A DNA stretch of 64,000 nucleotides, taken from the NCBI GenBank assembly GCA_000182565.2, contig KQ257450.1; one strand, given 5' to 3'. The DNA is from Spizellomyces punctatus DAOM BR117 (lineage: Eukaryota). The position numbers were made by a program, and so were the translations under genes. Positions 1 through 12,023 of this stretch are shown in pieces. Under the pieces are notes generated by a model. That model was not told the DNA's origin. It saw only the letters and a list, made by a program, of their open reading frames with translations, and made no database searches. The stretch's first letter is position 1. Each line of letters starts with the position of its first letter.

Positions 1-1936
1 GCTCATGTCAAGCCGGGTGGGCCAATAGGGATCCACAAGGCATAGGCGGGGTAGGTTACCAATCCTAGGGTCACTCCAGTACATGTCTGAGCAAATGTCC
101 AGTAACCGCTGTTCGAGCATCGTGCGAACTTCTTCCCTAACTTGGGGCTTTCCAAACTGCTTTGCAAATTCCTTGAAGCGCTGTTTCAACGCATCAATCG
201 ATTCAAGGGCGTAGCTCTCTGCACTAATCTTTCGATCATTGTAATGGACTTTGAACTGGTACCGAGCTTCATCCAATTCGGATTGTACGGCATCTGAAAT
301 GCTGTGCAGGGATCGTCCCATGTGGTCCTCAAGTACTTGCATGAGTCTCCGTCTCAGTGTCGCAGTCCCCACCATGACCTTTTTGGACCGGTATGAGGGC
401 TGAGAATTGAAAAAAGCGTCTTCGGAACGTATCAACGCCTGAGAATTCATTCCAGACCCAGATGATTTGCACACTACTCCAACGTAGCCCAGTTGGAGGG
501 GGTAATCCTTGTTGGTCAAAATCCCCACACCCGTGTCCTGCTCGACTAAATCCATCTTTGTGACGACACCGATTGTACGTTGCCCTCTGGGATCCACTTT
601 GCGACTCGCTCGAAGTGCTTCAGAGTTGGCTAAATCGACATCGGCGGCGCATACAGCCAGAATGATATTAGGCTCGCGAATGTAGGATTCGCACAGGTCG
701 GCAATTTTCTCTTTGAGAATGGCGGGTTGATTTCGATTGTGGATTTGGATGTAACCTGGGAGGTCGACAAGGGTGAGATCAGGTACATTGGCAGAATACA
801 CACGGAGTTCGATCGGATTGTTTGAGACGCATTCTGCGTCGGATACGGCCATGTTTAGATCCGTTAGGGTCTTTTGCACCTGAGTGAAATCGCGAACTTT
901 TCCTAATCCCAGCTGAGGAAACTCTGCGTACTCTTCAGCCGAGTTTGGTGTGTGAATGAGCGTGAGCTCAATGGGTCGTCGTGTTACCATATTCGTACCC
1001 CTGTTCCAAACCCAGTGTTAAGCTCTTATGAATTATGCATGTTTCATGCACTACCACCTACTTTGGCAAAAATTCATGACCAACAATAGCCTCCAACACA
1101 GAACTTTTACCCGAACTCTGCGATCCAATCACCACAATACTAGGTAATGTCATCTTTGCATTATTATCCACTGTCTTTAACAAATTCCGGACTTCAATCA
1201 GCTTCTTGGTCAACACCATCAAATCTTCATCAGGCGGAGTCATGGTGCTCATTGGTTTAGTCTGCGTTGCCTGATGCTGCACGGCCTTCATAACATCCAA
1301 CTCTGTCGGTATCGTTCCAATCGGGTCCCCACCCAACGCCGCAGTCGTCAGTTCATCAAACTTCTCAGCAGCTTTTTCCATGCCTGGAAGTGCGGGAGGT
1401 GTCTGTGGGAGTATATCGGGTAATTTAAACTTTGATAAGTCAACGTCGATATCTGGGAGTCGGATTTCGGGGATCTCGATATTACTAAGGTCGATACTTG
1501 ATACAAAATCGTTGGCCTTTGAAAAGGCATCTTTCATCCAGTCTGGGACATATTCTTTTTGTAATTCTGTACAAAGAGTATTTTAGTACTCTAACTTAAT
1601 CGCCTGGTTGCAGTGCACTCTGAACGACGTACCGTTCAACTTGTACCCCATCACCGCCACCATACCCCCACCCGCAGAAGCAGCCGCAACCGTCATACGC
1701 AACAAGGAAAACGTTGCCCTCGCTGCTCCAAATATGCTTCTCCGTTGTTCATGTCGGGTATTTCTGTGCTGCCAATGTTGCCATCGCGGCCGACGGGTAT
1801 ATTGCGAGTTGGTCCACATGTGCCGGTGGAGGGGTACAAAAGGCCGTGTTGTTTGGCCTCTGTACCCGCGAAGGAGGCCGTAGTTTCGGAAAGACATTGC
1901 GCGTGGTAGGGAGGTTGAAGTTATGGATTGGGACAT
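1..1936 (-). CDS. MGM1: Mitochondrial dynamin-like GTPase Mgm1/OPA1 (3' part runs off the window)
   Basis: Arg/Ser-rich presequence and hydrophobic segment; [23 protein letters not shown] (G1), [15 protein letters not shown] and LTLVDLPG after splicing introns 1567-1632 and 1001-1061. Confidence 0.93.
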
Positions 1937-2288
1937 GACGGCGGCGCCGACCGAGCCCAGCTCACGCTCTCTCGTGATGGTCTAGCAAGAGACCAAAAAC
2001 AGCTCTGTTAATGACTCCTTACTAGGAGACCCCGCTGTACCCTACAAATGCTATATGCAAATATCGTCCTCTTGCAGTCAAGTATAAACTGCTCGCAGCC
2101 AGCAAAAACACTAATTTTGCGTAAGTGGCGGACAACAAAGGAAAACACTCCGACTACGAACGCTCAAGTGAGTCAGGCGGTTCTGCGCGTATCCATGCCA
2201 ACAACGCCGATAGCGTGACTCATCCTGGACGTCCAGCAATCCGATCTTCGTTACCAATGGCTTGCCCATCCAAGCTGTTGAATTTACG

Positions 2289-4364
2289 ATGGACAGCGAT
2301 GCCCAAGAGGTAAAAGAGATACCCTCAACTTCTTACCGTGCGCATCCTATCAACTCTGCTCTCGTTACTGTAGGAGATAGCATCAGAACCAGGCCGCATC
2401 GTGACGCTCCGTCCCGGTCAAGAATTCCGTTTCGAAAATGATTTTTCAGAGAATGGGATCGTTACCCTCAAGGTATGGACCAATAACACCAGCATGAGCA
2501 TTATAGAGTGTACATGCCATACAATCCCTTCCTATTACCAACAAAATAGATTGTACAATACACACAATTTTGGATGGGACGTACAATACAAAAGACAATA
2601 GAGTCCAGTTGTTGAAACACCTTTTTTTTTTCCTTTTTTCTATCCAGCTCAAATCAGGCCACGCCGAGATCTTTGGCACAGAACTCGCATCAGACCCCAC
2701 CTACGCATTCTCGGGTCGAAAAGTCGCAGTGTACACCTGGCATGGATGTACATTAGAGATATCCTTTTGCTTTTTATTTTTTCCATCCTTGTTTTTATCA
2801 TGTTTTTCTTGACTCTGTAACACGTTCGAGGGAAACCTACTGTAGATTATATAGCAGAGGAGGCTCCGATGCAGAGTTATTTGAATGTTCATCTTGCGTT
2901 GGAGCAGTTGCGTACTGCTGCTGCTGAAAAGGGTGACGCAGGACCAAAGGTACAAAGTGTGTCAAGAAGCGAATTTGTATTTGCTTCTTTTGTTAATGTA
3001 TTTGTTTGTTGTTTTTTTGAGGAGTAGGTCATGATTGTCGGACCCGAAGACGTAGGAAAAACCTCACTCTGCAAAATCCTCTTAAACTATGCAGTCAAAC
3101 AAGGCAACAAACCCATTTTTGTCGATATTGATCCCAACGAGGTATTGAATTTCCTTTATCACCCTACTTTCAACTCGTCCTCAATAAACTTTTGTAGGGA
3201 TCTGTCAGTTTACCTGGCACACTCTCAGCAACAGCCATCAGCCGTCCCATTGACGTTGAAGAAGAATTCTCGGCATCGTCTGCAACGACTGGGACGAGTC
3301 CGTTGGTGTATTACTATGGGTATGCTTCTGCTTTGGAGAAACCGAAATTGTATCATGCGTTGGTGGAGCGGTTGGCGGGGGTCGTGAATAAGAAATTGGA
3401 TCAAGTGGATGGTGAGTAGACTTTGTCTGTCCTTTTTGTTTTTTTGTGATGGGGAAATGTTGATGGGGTTGTTGATGGTGGGTAGTGCGTTCTTCGGGGT
3501 GTATAATCAATACCCCGCGACAGTTTGTGGATGTGGATGGATACGAAACGTTAACCCATGCTATTGATCAATTTGGAGGTAACGTCAAAGAAACAAATAC
3601 CCAATATAGTATATCTAATACACAAAAACATGATGTTCTGTATAGTGAATGCTATCCTTGTTCTGGGCCACGAACGCCTTTACAGCGAACTCACAAAACG
3701 ATTCCCAAACGGTTCAGGCATATCCATTATCAAACTTGCCAAATCCGGTGGAGTACGTTTCCTTTTTTTTTTTTGTGTGTTTTGAAAATGTAAATAAATG
3801 GTTAACAAATGATTTGTATAGGTCGTCACACGAGATAAAACCTATCGCAAACAATTACAAATGCATAAAATAAAAGAATACTTTTATGGAACGCTTAAAG
3901 GGGAATTAAGTCCTTATTCTTCTCTTGTTTCTTTTACGGATGTTGCTGTACGGATGGTTGGTGAAGGTAAAGATGCATACTATCCAAAATAGTGGTTATA
4001 TAGTCTGTGTTTTGTATGTTATAACTTTTGTGTTTTTTTTTTTTTAGGTACATTGGCACCCTCCTCAGCCCTCCCACTAGGCTCCGAACGCCTCCTCCAA
4101 GAAACCCGACTCGTCAAAGTAGAACCCGGGGACATTCTCCTTCATTCCATATTAGCCGTCTCGAATGCGCCTCTCCCCGACACCCAAACAAACCTAACAC
4201 CCGAACAAGAAAGTTCCTTGGTGCTTGGAACGAATTTAGCTGGGTTTGTGTATGTGAGTGAAGTTGAGGAGGAGAAAAAAAAGATGACGGTTTTGGCGCC
4301 GAATCCCGGGAGGTTGCCTAGGAGGTTTTTGGTTATGGCGAGTTTAAAGTGGATGGAGGATTAA
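2289..4364 (+). CDS. CLP1: mRNA cleavage/polyadenylation factor, polynucleotide 5'-kinase Clp1
   Basis: Multi-exon; [15 protein letters not shown]-loop [33 protein letters not shown]-terminal APNPGRLP...LKWMED. Confidence 0.93.
2759..2823 (+). other. U12-type (minor spliceosome) AT-AC intron in CLP1
   Basis: 5' end ATATCCTTTT, branch-like TTTCTTGAC at 2805-2813, terminal AC at 2822-2823; removal joins ...[22 protein letters not shown] in frame. Confidence 0.88.
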
Positions 4365-4607
4365 AATATGGGATTTGTGAGGTTTTTGGTGTTTTGTGTA
4401 AATGGGCATCTTTTGGTTGTAGCTTGTCAAAAAATCGATATACCTTTAGCTAAAAAAGCAAAACAAATCGGGGTCTACTCCTCCCATTCCGTCATTACTA
4501 GTAAAATCTAAACAACTCTATTGGAAATTCTAGACTATCAAAAATCCCAAAAACACCACCCAATCAACTACAAAAAAAAACATAAACCAATCCCTCATCG
4601 ACTTGTA

Positions 4608-5969
4608 TCACTCATCAACACAAAAAACACGTCGCCCCGCAACAAAAACCTCAACAACATTCCTCTCATCTCCCAAAAACAAAAACTTTTCAAAACACTC
4701 TTGAGGACCTTCACCTTCAAACACATCCACAGACCGACTCGCAAAATGATCCCTCCGTCCATCCGCACACGCATCCAAATCCACTAAAATCGCATCAAAA
4801 TATTTCCCATTGACGAAATTCCCTGTTTGGGCGTCCAGTCCGAGTGTTTTCGCGCCGCCCAATGTAGCCATATAAACTCCTTCCTCTAACGATAATGGCA
4901 CCGTTCCATCTCGCATGGATAAAACTCGGGAAGCAATCAAAGCGTTTCGGATGGCGGTCAAGAGGTTGGTACTCCACCCCCCCGCAACATCTGTGCCTAA
5001 TCCAACAGAAATACCGGCATCTAAAAGAGCGCGGACGTTACATATTCCACTTGATAATGCGAAATTGGAGACAGGACAATGTGAGATGGAGGTTTGTGTG
5101 CGTGATAAGAGTTCACGATCGGAATCGTTTAGGTGGATACAATGTGCTAAAATCGTTTTGGGACCCAAAATCCCGCAAGAGTGATATGCTTGCACGTACG
5201 GGAGATGAAATAGTGATTCAACAAGTGTGCATTCTTGAATATTTTCCGCACAGTGGGTTTGTATTCGTAGGTTTTCAGAGTCCGATAACGACGAGATGGA
5301 GGCAAGTAACTCTTTTGTACACGATACCGCAAACCGCGGTGTCAAAATCGGTTGAACGAGTTCCGACCCAAGTTGTCGTACACCCCTAATAAACTCGATT
5401 GTATCCTCACAAGACTGCTCAGCACTGTTCTCAACGTAGCCGTCCCCACCATTCCGATCCATACAGACTTTACCCACAAGAGCACGTTGACCCATCTCAA
5501 CGCACGTACGCGCTAAAAGGATCGTAGCGGGTGTATGGATCGTACCATACCACGCTGCAGTCGTTGTTCCGCATCGAAGGGATTTGGCTACCACCCGTTT
5601 ATAAATCGTTTCAGCGTACGAGAGGGAACTAAAGCGGCGTTCGTGGGGGAATGTGTAGGTTGTTAGCCAGGTTAGGAGGGGGAGGGTGTAGCCTGTGCCT
5701 GAAAAGGGGTACTGTGGGGCATGGATGTGTGTGTCGATGAAACCGGGGAGGAGGAGGGTGTGGGCGGGGAGATGCCGGATTGTGGGAGTGTTGTTGGATG
5801 TGAGGGTGGCGAGAAAGGTGTCGAGAGGGGTGGATGGGGGGAGAGTGTGGACAAAGGCGATGGTGCCGTCTGTGTTGACGCCGAGGATCCCTGGATTGAG
5901 GTAGGCGAGTTGGGTTTGGGAGATGGAGTGGATGATGGTGCCCACGTAAATGGTTTCGACGGTTGCCAT
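4608..5969 (-). CDS. GUD1: Guanine deaminase (amidohydrolase family), single exon
   Basis: PGFIDTHIHAPQY, ILTPRFAVSC, IQTHCAEN, ILAHCIHL, HCPVSN, GLGTDVAGG; likely start MATVETIY at 5969. Confidence 0.93.
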   Translation of the reverse strand: MATVETIYVGTIIHSISQTQLAYLNPGILGVNTDGTIAFVHTLPPSTPLDTFLATLTSNNTPTIRHLPAHTLLLPGFIDTHIHAPQYPFSGTGYTLPLLTWLTTYTFPHERRFSSLSYAETIYKRVVAKSLRCGTTTAAWYGTIHTPATILLARTCVEMGQRALVGKVCMDRNGGDGYVENSAEQSCEDTIEFIRGVRQLGSELVQPILTPRFAVSCTKELLASISSLSDSENLRIQTHCAENIQECTLVESLFHLPYVQAYHSCGILGPKTILAHCIHLNDSDRELLSRTQTSISHCPVSNFALSSGICNVRALLDAGISVGLGTDVAGGWSTNLLTAIRNALIASRVLSMRDGTVPLSLEEGVYMATLGGAKTLGLDAQTGNFVNGKYFDAILVDLDACADGRRDHFASRSVDVFEGEGPQECFEKFLFLGDERNVVEVFVAGRRVFCVDE

Positions 5970-6372
5970 AATAAAGATTTGGCAAAAGTGTAAATTGCAA
6001 CAAAAGACAATGAGCACCAACTGGTGAGCAATGTGGGTTTTTAAACAACTGTGACTGATAAGAACACGTAAGCCGCGTATCTTTAAATCCTCTCATAGTC
6101 TAATCAAAGCGCATCGAAAAATACAAAAACACAAAACGGTTTATTTATATACAAAAAAGCGATAGAGAAGGAGAGAGAGCCTATTCAACAACAACAACAA
6201 CAAGAAAAGTAAAGAAAAGAAATGGCAAAAACCCCAACAACATGCCAATACAAACTAATCTCCCAAAACGAATACCCCAACATGGTTGCAACACTCGTCT
6301 TTTATAAAAAGACCCCCAGCAAAAAAACAAAAACTACGCAACACACACAATATTCAAAAAAAAAAAAAAACA

Positions 6373-7446
6373 TTATCCCATCTTGGCCTGCAACAACTCT
6401 TCTCCCGCAAACTCTTCCGAAGGCGGTGCAGGACCCAACGGATCCGCCCCCTCAGCAGGCGCACCAGGCAATTCCTGTCGCCCAATGGCACGCGCCATAA
6501 GCGCATCATGAGCCTCCCGCAAACTCGCCTCCAAACTCGCGATCCGCCGATTCAGTTCCGCTTCACGAGCGGCAAAAATGGCTCGCTCTTTTTCGACAAC
6601 GGCGAGTTTGAGCGACATGCTGGAATTGAGGGCTTCGAGTTGGGCGACTTGATTTTCGAGGGTGGATAGGCGGACGGCTTTGCGTTCGCGTGAGCGGCGG
6701 GCAGCCTCTGTAAATGAACTGTTAATCTCAAAGCACAACAAACAAGAAAACAGAACAAAACAAACCTGTATTCCTCCGCCGCTTTAATGCCAACTCATCC
6801 TCCAATTCCTCCATCGCTTTCGTAGCCCCTTCAGCCAACCTCGCCATAGCAGACGACGATTTCGTCGGCCTCCCGTTCAAAGGACTCGCTCCTTCAAGGT
6901 TTGTATTATCGTACGGTTTTGACCGCCTTCGTCCCGTCCCTCGTTTCGCTGTACCGGGTGTCTGCACAGCAACAGCAGCGGCGGCGGCAGCAGCAGCAGC
7001 GGCAGCAGCAGCAGCCACAGGATCGTGCTGCACGTCTAGATGGTGGTGGTGAGAAAGTGTGTTATCCAGCGTATGGTCTGCGATATCCGATCCCTCAGAG
7101 TCGGGACCCAATTTAAAGGACGCAGAGGCGGAAAGAGAGTTTTGGAGTTGATCTGGGGATACGACTTGGGGGGGTGAACCCGTCAACGCAGAGGGTTCCG
7201 CAGCTACTAGACAACGAGATGAGAAACTTGAAAAATCAACGCGCCTATCAACTTTATACCTTCAGCAGGAGCGTTCTCGTTGCGATCCAAATAGAGCCCA
7301 GCAGCATACAAGACTGATGGACCATCCAAATTCACCAAATCGCCGTTCGGCATGCGCTTGAAATATAATTGTGCCGCTGCTACGTCTATCGTTGGTGCAA
7401 GTGGGTTGGAAGGTATCGGCAAAGGCAACACACGGTCAGTGTCCAT
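6373..7446 (-). CDS. bZIP transcription factor, Gcn4/CpcA-like basic region
   Basis: Introns 7207-7259 and 6708-6765 give KRRRNTEAARRSRERK followed by a leucine zipper (LSTLENQVAQLEALNSSM); poly-Ala tract. Confidence 0.85.
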
Positions 7447-7658
7447 GAGTAACCCTCTTACTCCCCGTATTTTCCTCGGGGCAAAAGATTGTATGGTGCC
7501 CTCTCTCTCCGATACACACACACACACACACAGGCGCGCGCTATACACTCTATAAAACGCGAACCGTTTCCCAATGCAAAACCAATTGGGAAAACTCCCT
7601 CAATTGTATGAATAGATGCGAGAAGACGAGGAAAGCAAGGGTTAGGTAAACCTTGGAG

Positions 7659-7708
7659 TGAGTCAAACCTTGCACGTCACTTTGACTCACAACCCTCGCT
7701 TTGAGTCA
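7659..7708. promoter_or_regulatory. Cluster of three AP-1/Gcn4-type TGA(C/G)TCA sites
   Basis: TGAGTCA 7659-7665, TGACTCA 7683-7689, TGAGTCA 7702-7708, upstream of the bZIP gene. Confidence 0.65.
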
Positions 7709-8069
7709 TCAAATCAAGAACGAGAAGAAGAAGAAGGAGAAGAAGCGTTTTGAGAAGAGAGAGAAAGAGAAAAGCGCCTCTCACGTGGAGTCACGAGTAT
7801 GTATTTACGTAATCATGCCGTATGCCTCCCATTATCCACATACAGTTTGTTAACGATAGTTATATCGCTGTATTTTAATCATTCAGGAATATTCACAGAA
7901 AAAACTCTTACACACACACACATATCATCATCTATTGCAACCCACTCGTTTATATATATATATACACACAAAGAAATCAATAGACAATTTGCACATAATT
8001 GGCTATAAACAATTCTCTCTCTCTCTTTTTCATACAAAACAAATGTGGAAAGAGCTAGCATTGCAGTTT

Positions 8070-9669
8070 TCAGATTACAATAAAGCTAGCCACCACAGTC
8101 AACACTCCAAATAATACAGTTTTGTATTGGACGGTGGACGCTGCCGAATTCGAGGATCCAGTGCCCAGGACACCATTCCCAGGTGGGACGGCCGTCAAAT
8201 TGCTTCGGACATTCGGGTCACGAATGGCAGCAGCAACGCCAATCTGTTTATTAGCGGAATCAAACACGGTGTAAAAGGCGCGCAGGAAAACGTTGCCGAA
8301 AATGGCAGAGGGGAGGAGGGGTTGGGCTTGGCCAGGGCGGGAAGTGGTGGATCCGCCGTGAATGTCTTGTCCCGCAAATCCGCTGACGCACGCAGTGACA
8401 CCGGCAATGTCGGTCGGCTGCATAAAGAGATAGTCTTGCGGGCTAATCGTGACAAAGTGCCCACCCGTGAATTCAAATTTAATGTCGGGAAAGCCAGACG
8501 GGATCTTGCCGCCGGGACACGCGGTGGCATAGAGAAAGGGGGGAGAGTTGGAGACGCGCTGCAAGTTGAGCATCGAGTTGATTTGGTCGGCGGTTTGGAC
8601 GGGCAGGACGGCGAGCGAGGTTCCAGTGTCAAAGACGGTGGCAAAGTTGGATGGGAGACTGATGGTGCGAGAGGAGCCGGGAAACGAGACGGCGGTCATG
8701 AGGGACTGCCAAAAGACAAAGGGTTCCTTGCCGTTGGGACCGGATCCCGCCACAGGGAGCCAAGTAAGACCACCGGTGAATCGCGCGGCATCCACGCCCC
8801 CAAGCGTCAATCCGCCATTTTGATTTGTGCTGTCAATGTAGTAGCCAAATACAGGGGAAGTGACCTGGTTTGCACTGACGACGCGTTCCCACCAGGTTGG
8901 AGAAGCCGTTCCGCCCGCAGTGGTAGGAAGGGAAAAGGACATGCCCATGATGCCGTCCATATCCGAGGTATTTTGATTTGGGGATTTGATGGAGGTAGCT
9001 GCCTCAAATTGGAGATTGGGGACAGACAGGGTGTTGATGGCGACAGTGTCCTTTACAAAGATGCCCTGGACCGAGGTTCCATCAACGTACTCGATGGGAT
9101 CTGCTTGTTGGGAGGTTGCCTGAAAGGTGGAACTCTTTGCCGGATCAAAGCGGCGACCGTTGCGGTTAATGTCGCCAGTGGTGGTGGTAGTCTGAACCCA
9201 GAGTTGGGAAGAGCCCGTATCAAAGAGGACGGACATTGGCTGTGGCGGAGTTCCAATTTCCACGGCTCCCTGATACTAGAAATATATCAAGACATTGAGA
9301 GACATGATTCCATTGTTTTGCTTGGCAATTTGTTTTTTCTTTGATTCTTACAGCAAACAAGGTGCCTCCATCAGCGCCCGTCCCAGTCAATTTGTTGATG
9401 GTAATCTCTCTTCTGTGGACGCCTCTGACCGAGAGTGGCAGCGGTTTTTGCAAGTGAGCGGTCACTTCGAGTTTATGCAGTTTAAACAGTTCATTCTTCA
9501 AGCCAATGCTGCAAGAGAGCAAATGAGGGATGAGCGATGAGCTGTGGTCAAACGTGGAGAAAGACTATAATCCACTACACACATACCTGCATGGAGGGTC
9601 GCAAGCCTCTGCCTGTGCCCATGCCCACACCCACCCCACCACCAATAGCGATGACAAGCTCTTTATCAT
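8070..9669 (-). CDS. Secreted pepsin-family aspartic protease with probable GPI signal (yapsin-like)
   Basis: Signal peptide MIKSLSSLLVVGWVWAWAQA, two introns, catalytic FDTGSS and FDTGTS, IFGNVFLRAFYTVFD, hydrophobic C-terminus after SNSAAS. Confidence 0.9.
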
Positions 9670-10362
9670 TATCCGTTTGCGTATGCGTATGTGTGTGTAT
9701 GTGTGTGTGTAAAATAAAATAGATGAAGAAGAAGAATGTACACAGCCCAAAAGCAAAAGAAAGAAGGAAATAAGAAGCTTCCTAATAATAAATGTTTCAA
9801 ATCGTCATTGCAATGTCATATATGATGGAATGCATTTGAATGAACATGGTAGATTTCATTGGTTGCAGCCACATACATTGCACAGCCACAGAGAAGAAGA
9901 AGAAGAAGAAGAAGAGATGTAGGAGTGTGTTGAGATGGGTAGAGATTGTGTGAGTGAGTGAAATAACTTAGACGATGATTTCCCTTATTTCAAGTAATAG
10001 TAACTCTTTGCGAGTGAATAATGCGATAGTAATTGGAAGATGTGTTTAATCCCTTTGATTATCGGCTGAGCAAACACTCAGGCTGGCTGGTTGCTTGTAA
10101 CTTGAATCCATAGGCTGTGCAATTACCAACATAAACTATAATGCTATGAGGCTATGAGCCAATATAAGCATTAGTAGAAAAAGGTTTGATTGAAATACTT
10201 TACAAACAGAATAAACAATGCATTTCATGTGTGTATGTGTGAGTGAGCGATATTCAAGAGAATGCAACTGCGAATTTCAATAATTATTGTTACCATGGTT
10301 ACATTCATTCTACCTGGTGGGCATTTGCACATTCCCACAATCGCTCATCCTTCGTCTGGAAT

Positions 10363-11663
10363 ATGGCCCCACCACTCCGCAACAACCCATATGCACTCTT
10401 GAAAAATATAGATAGACTGCATGCTGCTGGTCGCATACACTCACTCCCTCCATGGTATGACGCTGTCAGACGGCATCCTCCCGCTACATTTATTCCAAAG
10501 GGAGCAACTCCCACAGAGACGGGCGCATTCGCTCTAGACTCGCACATTCAGAGAGGATCGGCTCGTCAGAATCCTCTCACCTACAGGCCGCACTATGTCT
10601 CCAAGCCAGCTGTTATTGTCTATCCAGAAGACGAGATTCGCGCTGCGTTTTACAGATGGCATCCTCTCGAACTCGCAAGGCCAATTAGTCTCGTCAGAGG
10701 GGAAGAGGATTTAAAGGAGCGGGATTGGAAGGATATCTATGGAGGGAGACCCGATCTCGACGTGACGGGTGAGAGGTGAGTTGGCGTTAGGGCTTTGGTT
10801 TGGTTAGGATTAGGGTTTGGGTTAGGATTAGGGTTGGGTTTGGGTTGGGTTGGGTAAGGTTGGGTTAGGTTAGGGTTCGTGTTCGAGTTCGGTTTAGGGT
10901 TCGTTTTAGCGTTCGTGTTAGCGTTCGCGTTCGGTTAGGGTTAGGGTTAGGGTTTCGTATTAGGGTTTGGGTTGAGGTTGGGTTCGGGTTGGAACTAGGG
11001 CCATGACTCGCTGGCGCTCGTCATGGAGATGTAATGGAGAGCGACATTGAGGGACAGGGCTATGGTTATGACTCGCTAGCGCTCGTCATGGAGATGTTGT
11101 TGGAGAGTGACATTGAGGGACAGGGCTATGGTCATGACTCGCTGGCGCTCGTCGTGGCATCAATTTACTCTTACTTACCCGCTTGTCTCCATAGTGTCGT
11201 TCAACATACACTCTACCTCATGACGCACAAGAATCAATCCCGCCACACTGCCTACCAAAATGCTCTTTCCGCCTTTTACAAGGCCCGTGTTGAAATCGAA
11301 GAGCGTGAACGCGCTGCTCAACAAGCGGCTCAAAAGGCAGCACTAGAAGAACTTTTAGCGGACGAGGAGGAGGATCTCGACGACAAGCAACGCGCAGTTG
11401 CAGAATTTTGGTCCACCCGTCCTCTCACAAAACAATTTGTCGACTGGGAAATGGACGAGTTGCAAAAGAGTCAAATGTGGGAGGGCAAGATTGCCGATGC
11501 GTGAGTGCCCCGTCCTGATACTGTGGAGGAATGTGGAATGTCCATTAATGTATTTTTTTTGTTGGTTTTTTTTAGCAAACAAGCAAGAAGGGATCTTCAG
11601 CTCAAGATGGAGCAGTTTGAAAAGAGACATTTGGAGAGTGACAAGACGGATTTGTTGGCTTGA
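10363..11663 (+). CDS. RSM25: Mitochondrial small-subunit ribosomal protein mS23 (fungal Rsm25)
   Basis: PPWYDAV, IVYPEDEIRAAFYRWHPLELARP, VTGES|VVQHTLYLM; introns 10776-11194 and 11501-11575. Confidence 0.8.
10787..11000 (+). repeat. Degenerate interstitial telomere-like (TTAGGG/TTGGG/TTCG) array inside an intron
   Basis: Many TTAGGG, TTTGGG, TTGGG and TTAGG units; a perfect (TTAGGG)3 near 10935-10952. Confidence 0.85.
11002..11153 (+). repeat. ~65-66 bp tandem repeat, ~2.3 copies
   Basis: Unit CATGACTCGCTGGCGCTCGTCATGGAGATG...GACATTGAGGGACAGGGCTATGGT begins at 11002, 11067 and 11133. Confidence 0.9.
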
Positions 11664-11965
11664 CGTGTGTCCTTTTTAGATTGAGGAGTGCTGCCCCGTG
11701 TACATGTATCTGCGCATGCGTGTGTGGGTGTATGTGGGCATGGGCGGAACGGAGGTGCTTGGGTGCCATAGATGGCTGAATGGGGCGCGGATGCGTCGAT
11801 GCGGGGGGTCAGACCTGGGCGTCCTGCGCACGTCCGTTATTGTCTGACACGACCCACTGGACGCAACGTGCTGTGGCATGCTGTATTTATCTTTATATAT
11901 TTTACCTATTCAAAGACTTGCGAGTTTTGCCATAAACGGTCTTGCCCAGATGAGTCCCACTTACT

Positions 11966-11975
11966 GTCACGTGAC
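11966..11975. promoter_or_regulatory. Palindromic E-box GTCACGTGAC (Cbf1/USF/TFE-type bHLH site)
   Basis: Perfect 10-bp palindrome 48 bp upstream of the GatB ATG; related motifs precede other genes in the window. Confidence 0.55.
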
Positions 11976-12023
11976 TAGGTTAACCCCAATCGCTCACCCC
12001 TTCTTTGCAAGCATTCGAACACA

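Noticed and set aside
2169-2222. Two TGASTCA sites in the MGM1/CLP1 divergent promoter (single sites also at 34269 and 35518)
   Set aside because: The 7-mer also occurs several times in CAND1 coding sequence, so isolated copies are compatible with chance.
8127-9344. 405-aa ORF on the + strand
   Set aside because: Antisense shadow of the aspartic protease exon; no recognisable motifs.
10289-10302. X-box-like GTTACCATGGTTAC upstream of RSM25
   Set aside because: Single site before a non-ciliary gene with no supporting context.
11034-11194. Repeated peptide MESDIEGQGYG... at the start of ORF 11034-11504
   Set aside because: Translation of the intronic minisatellite; the true exon starts at 11195.
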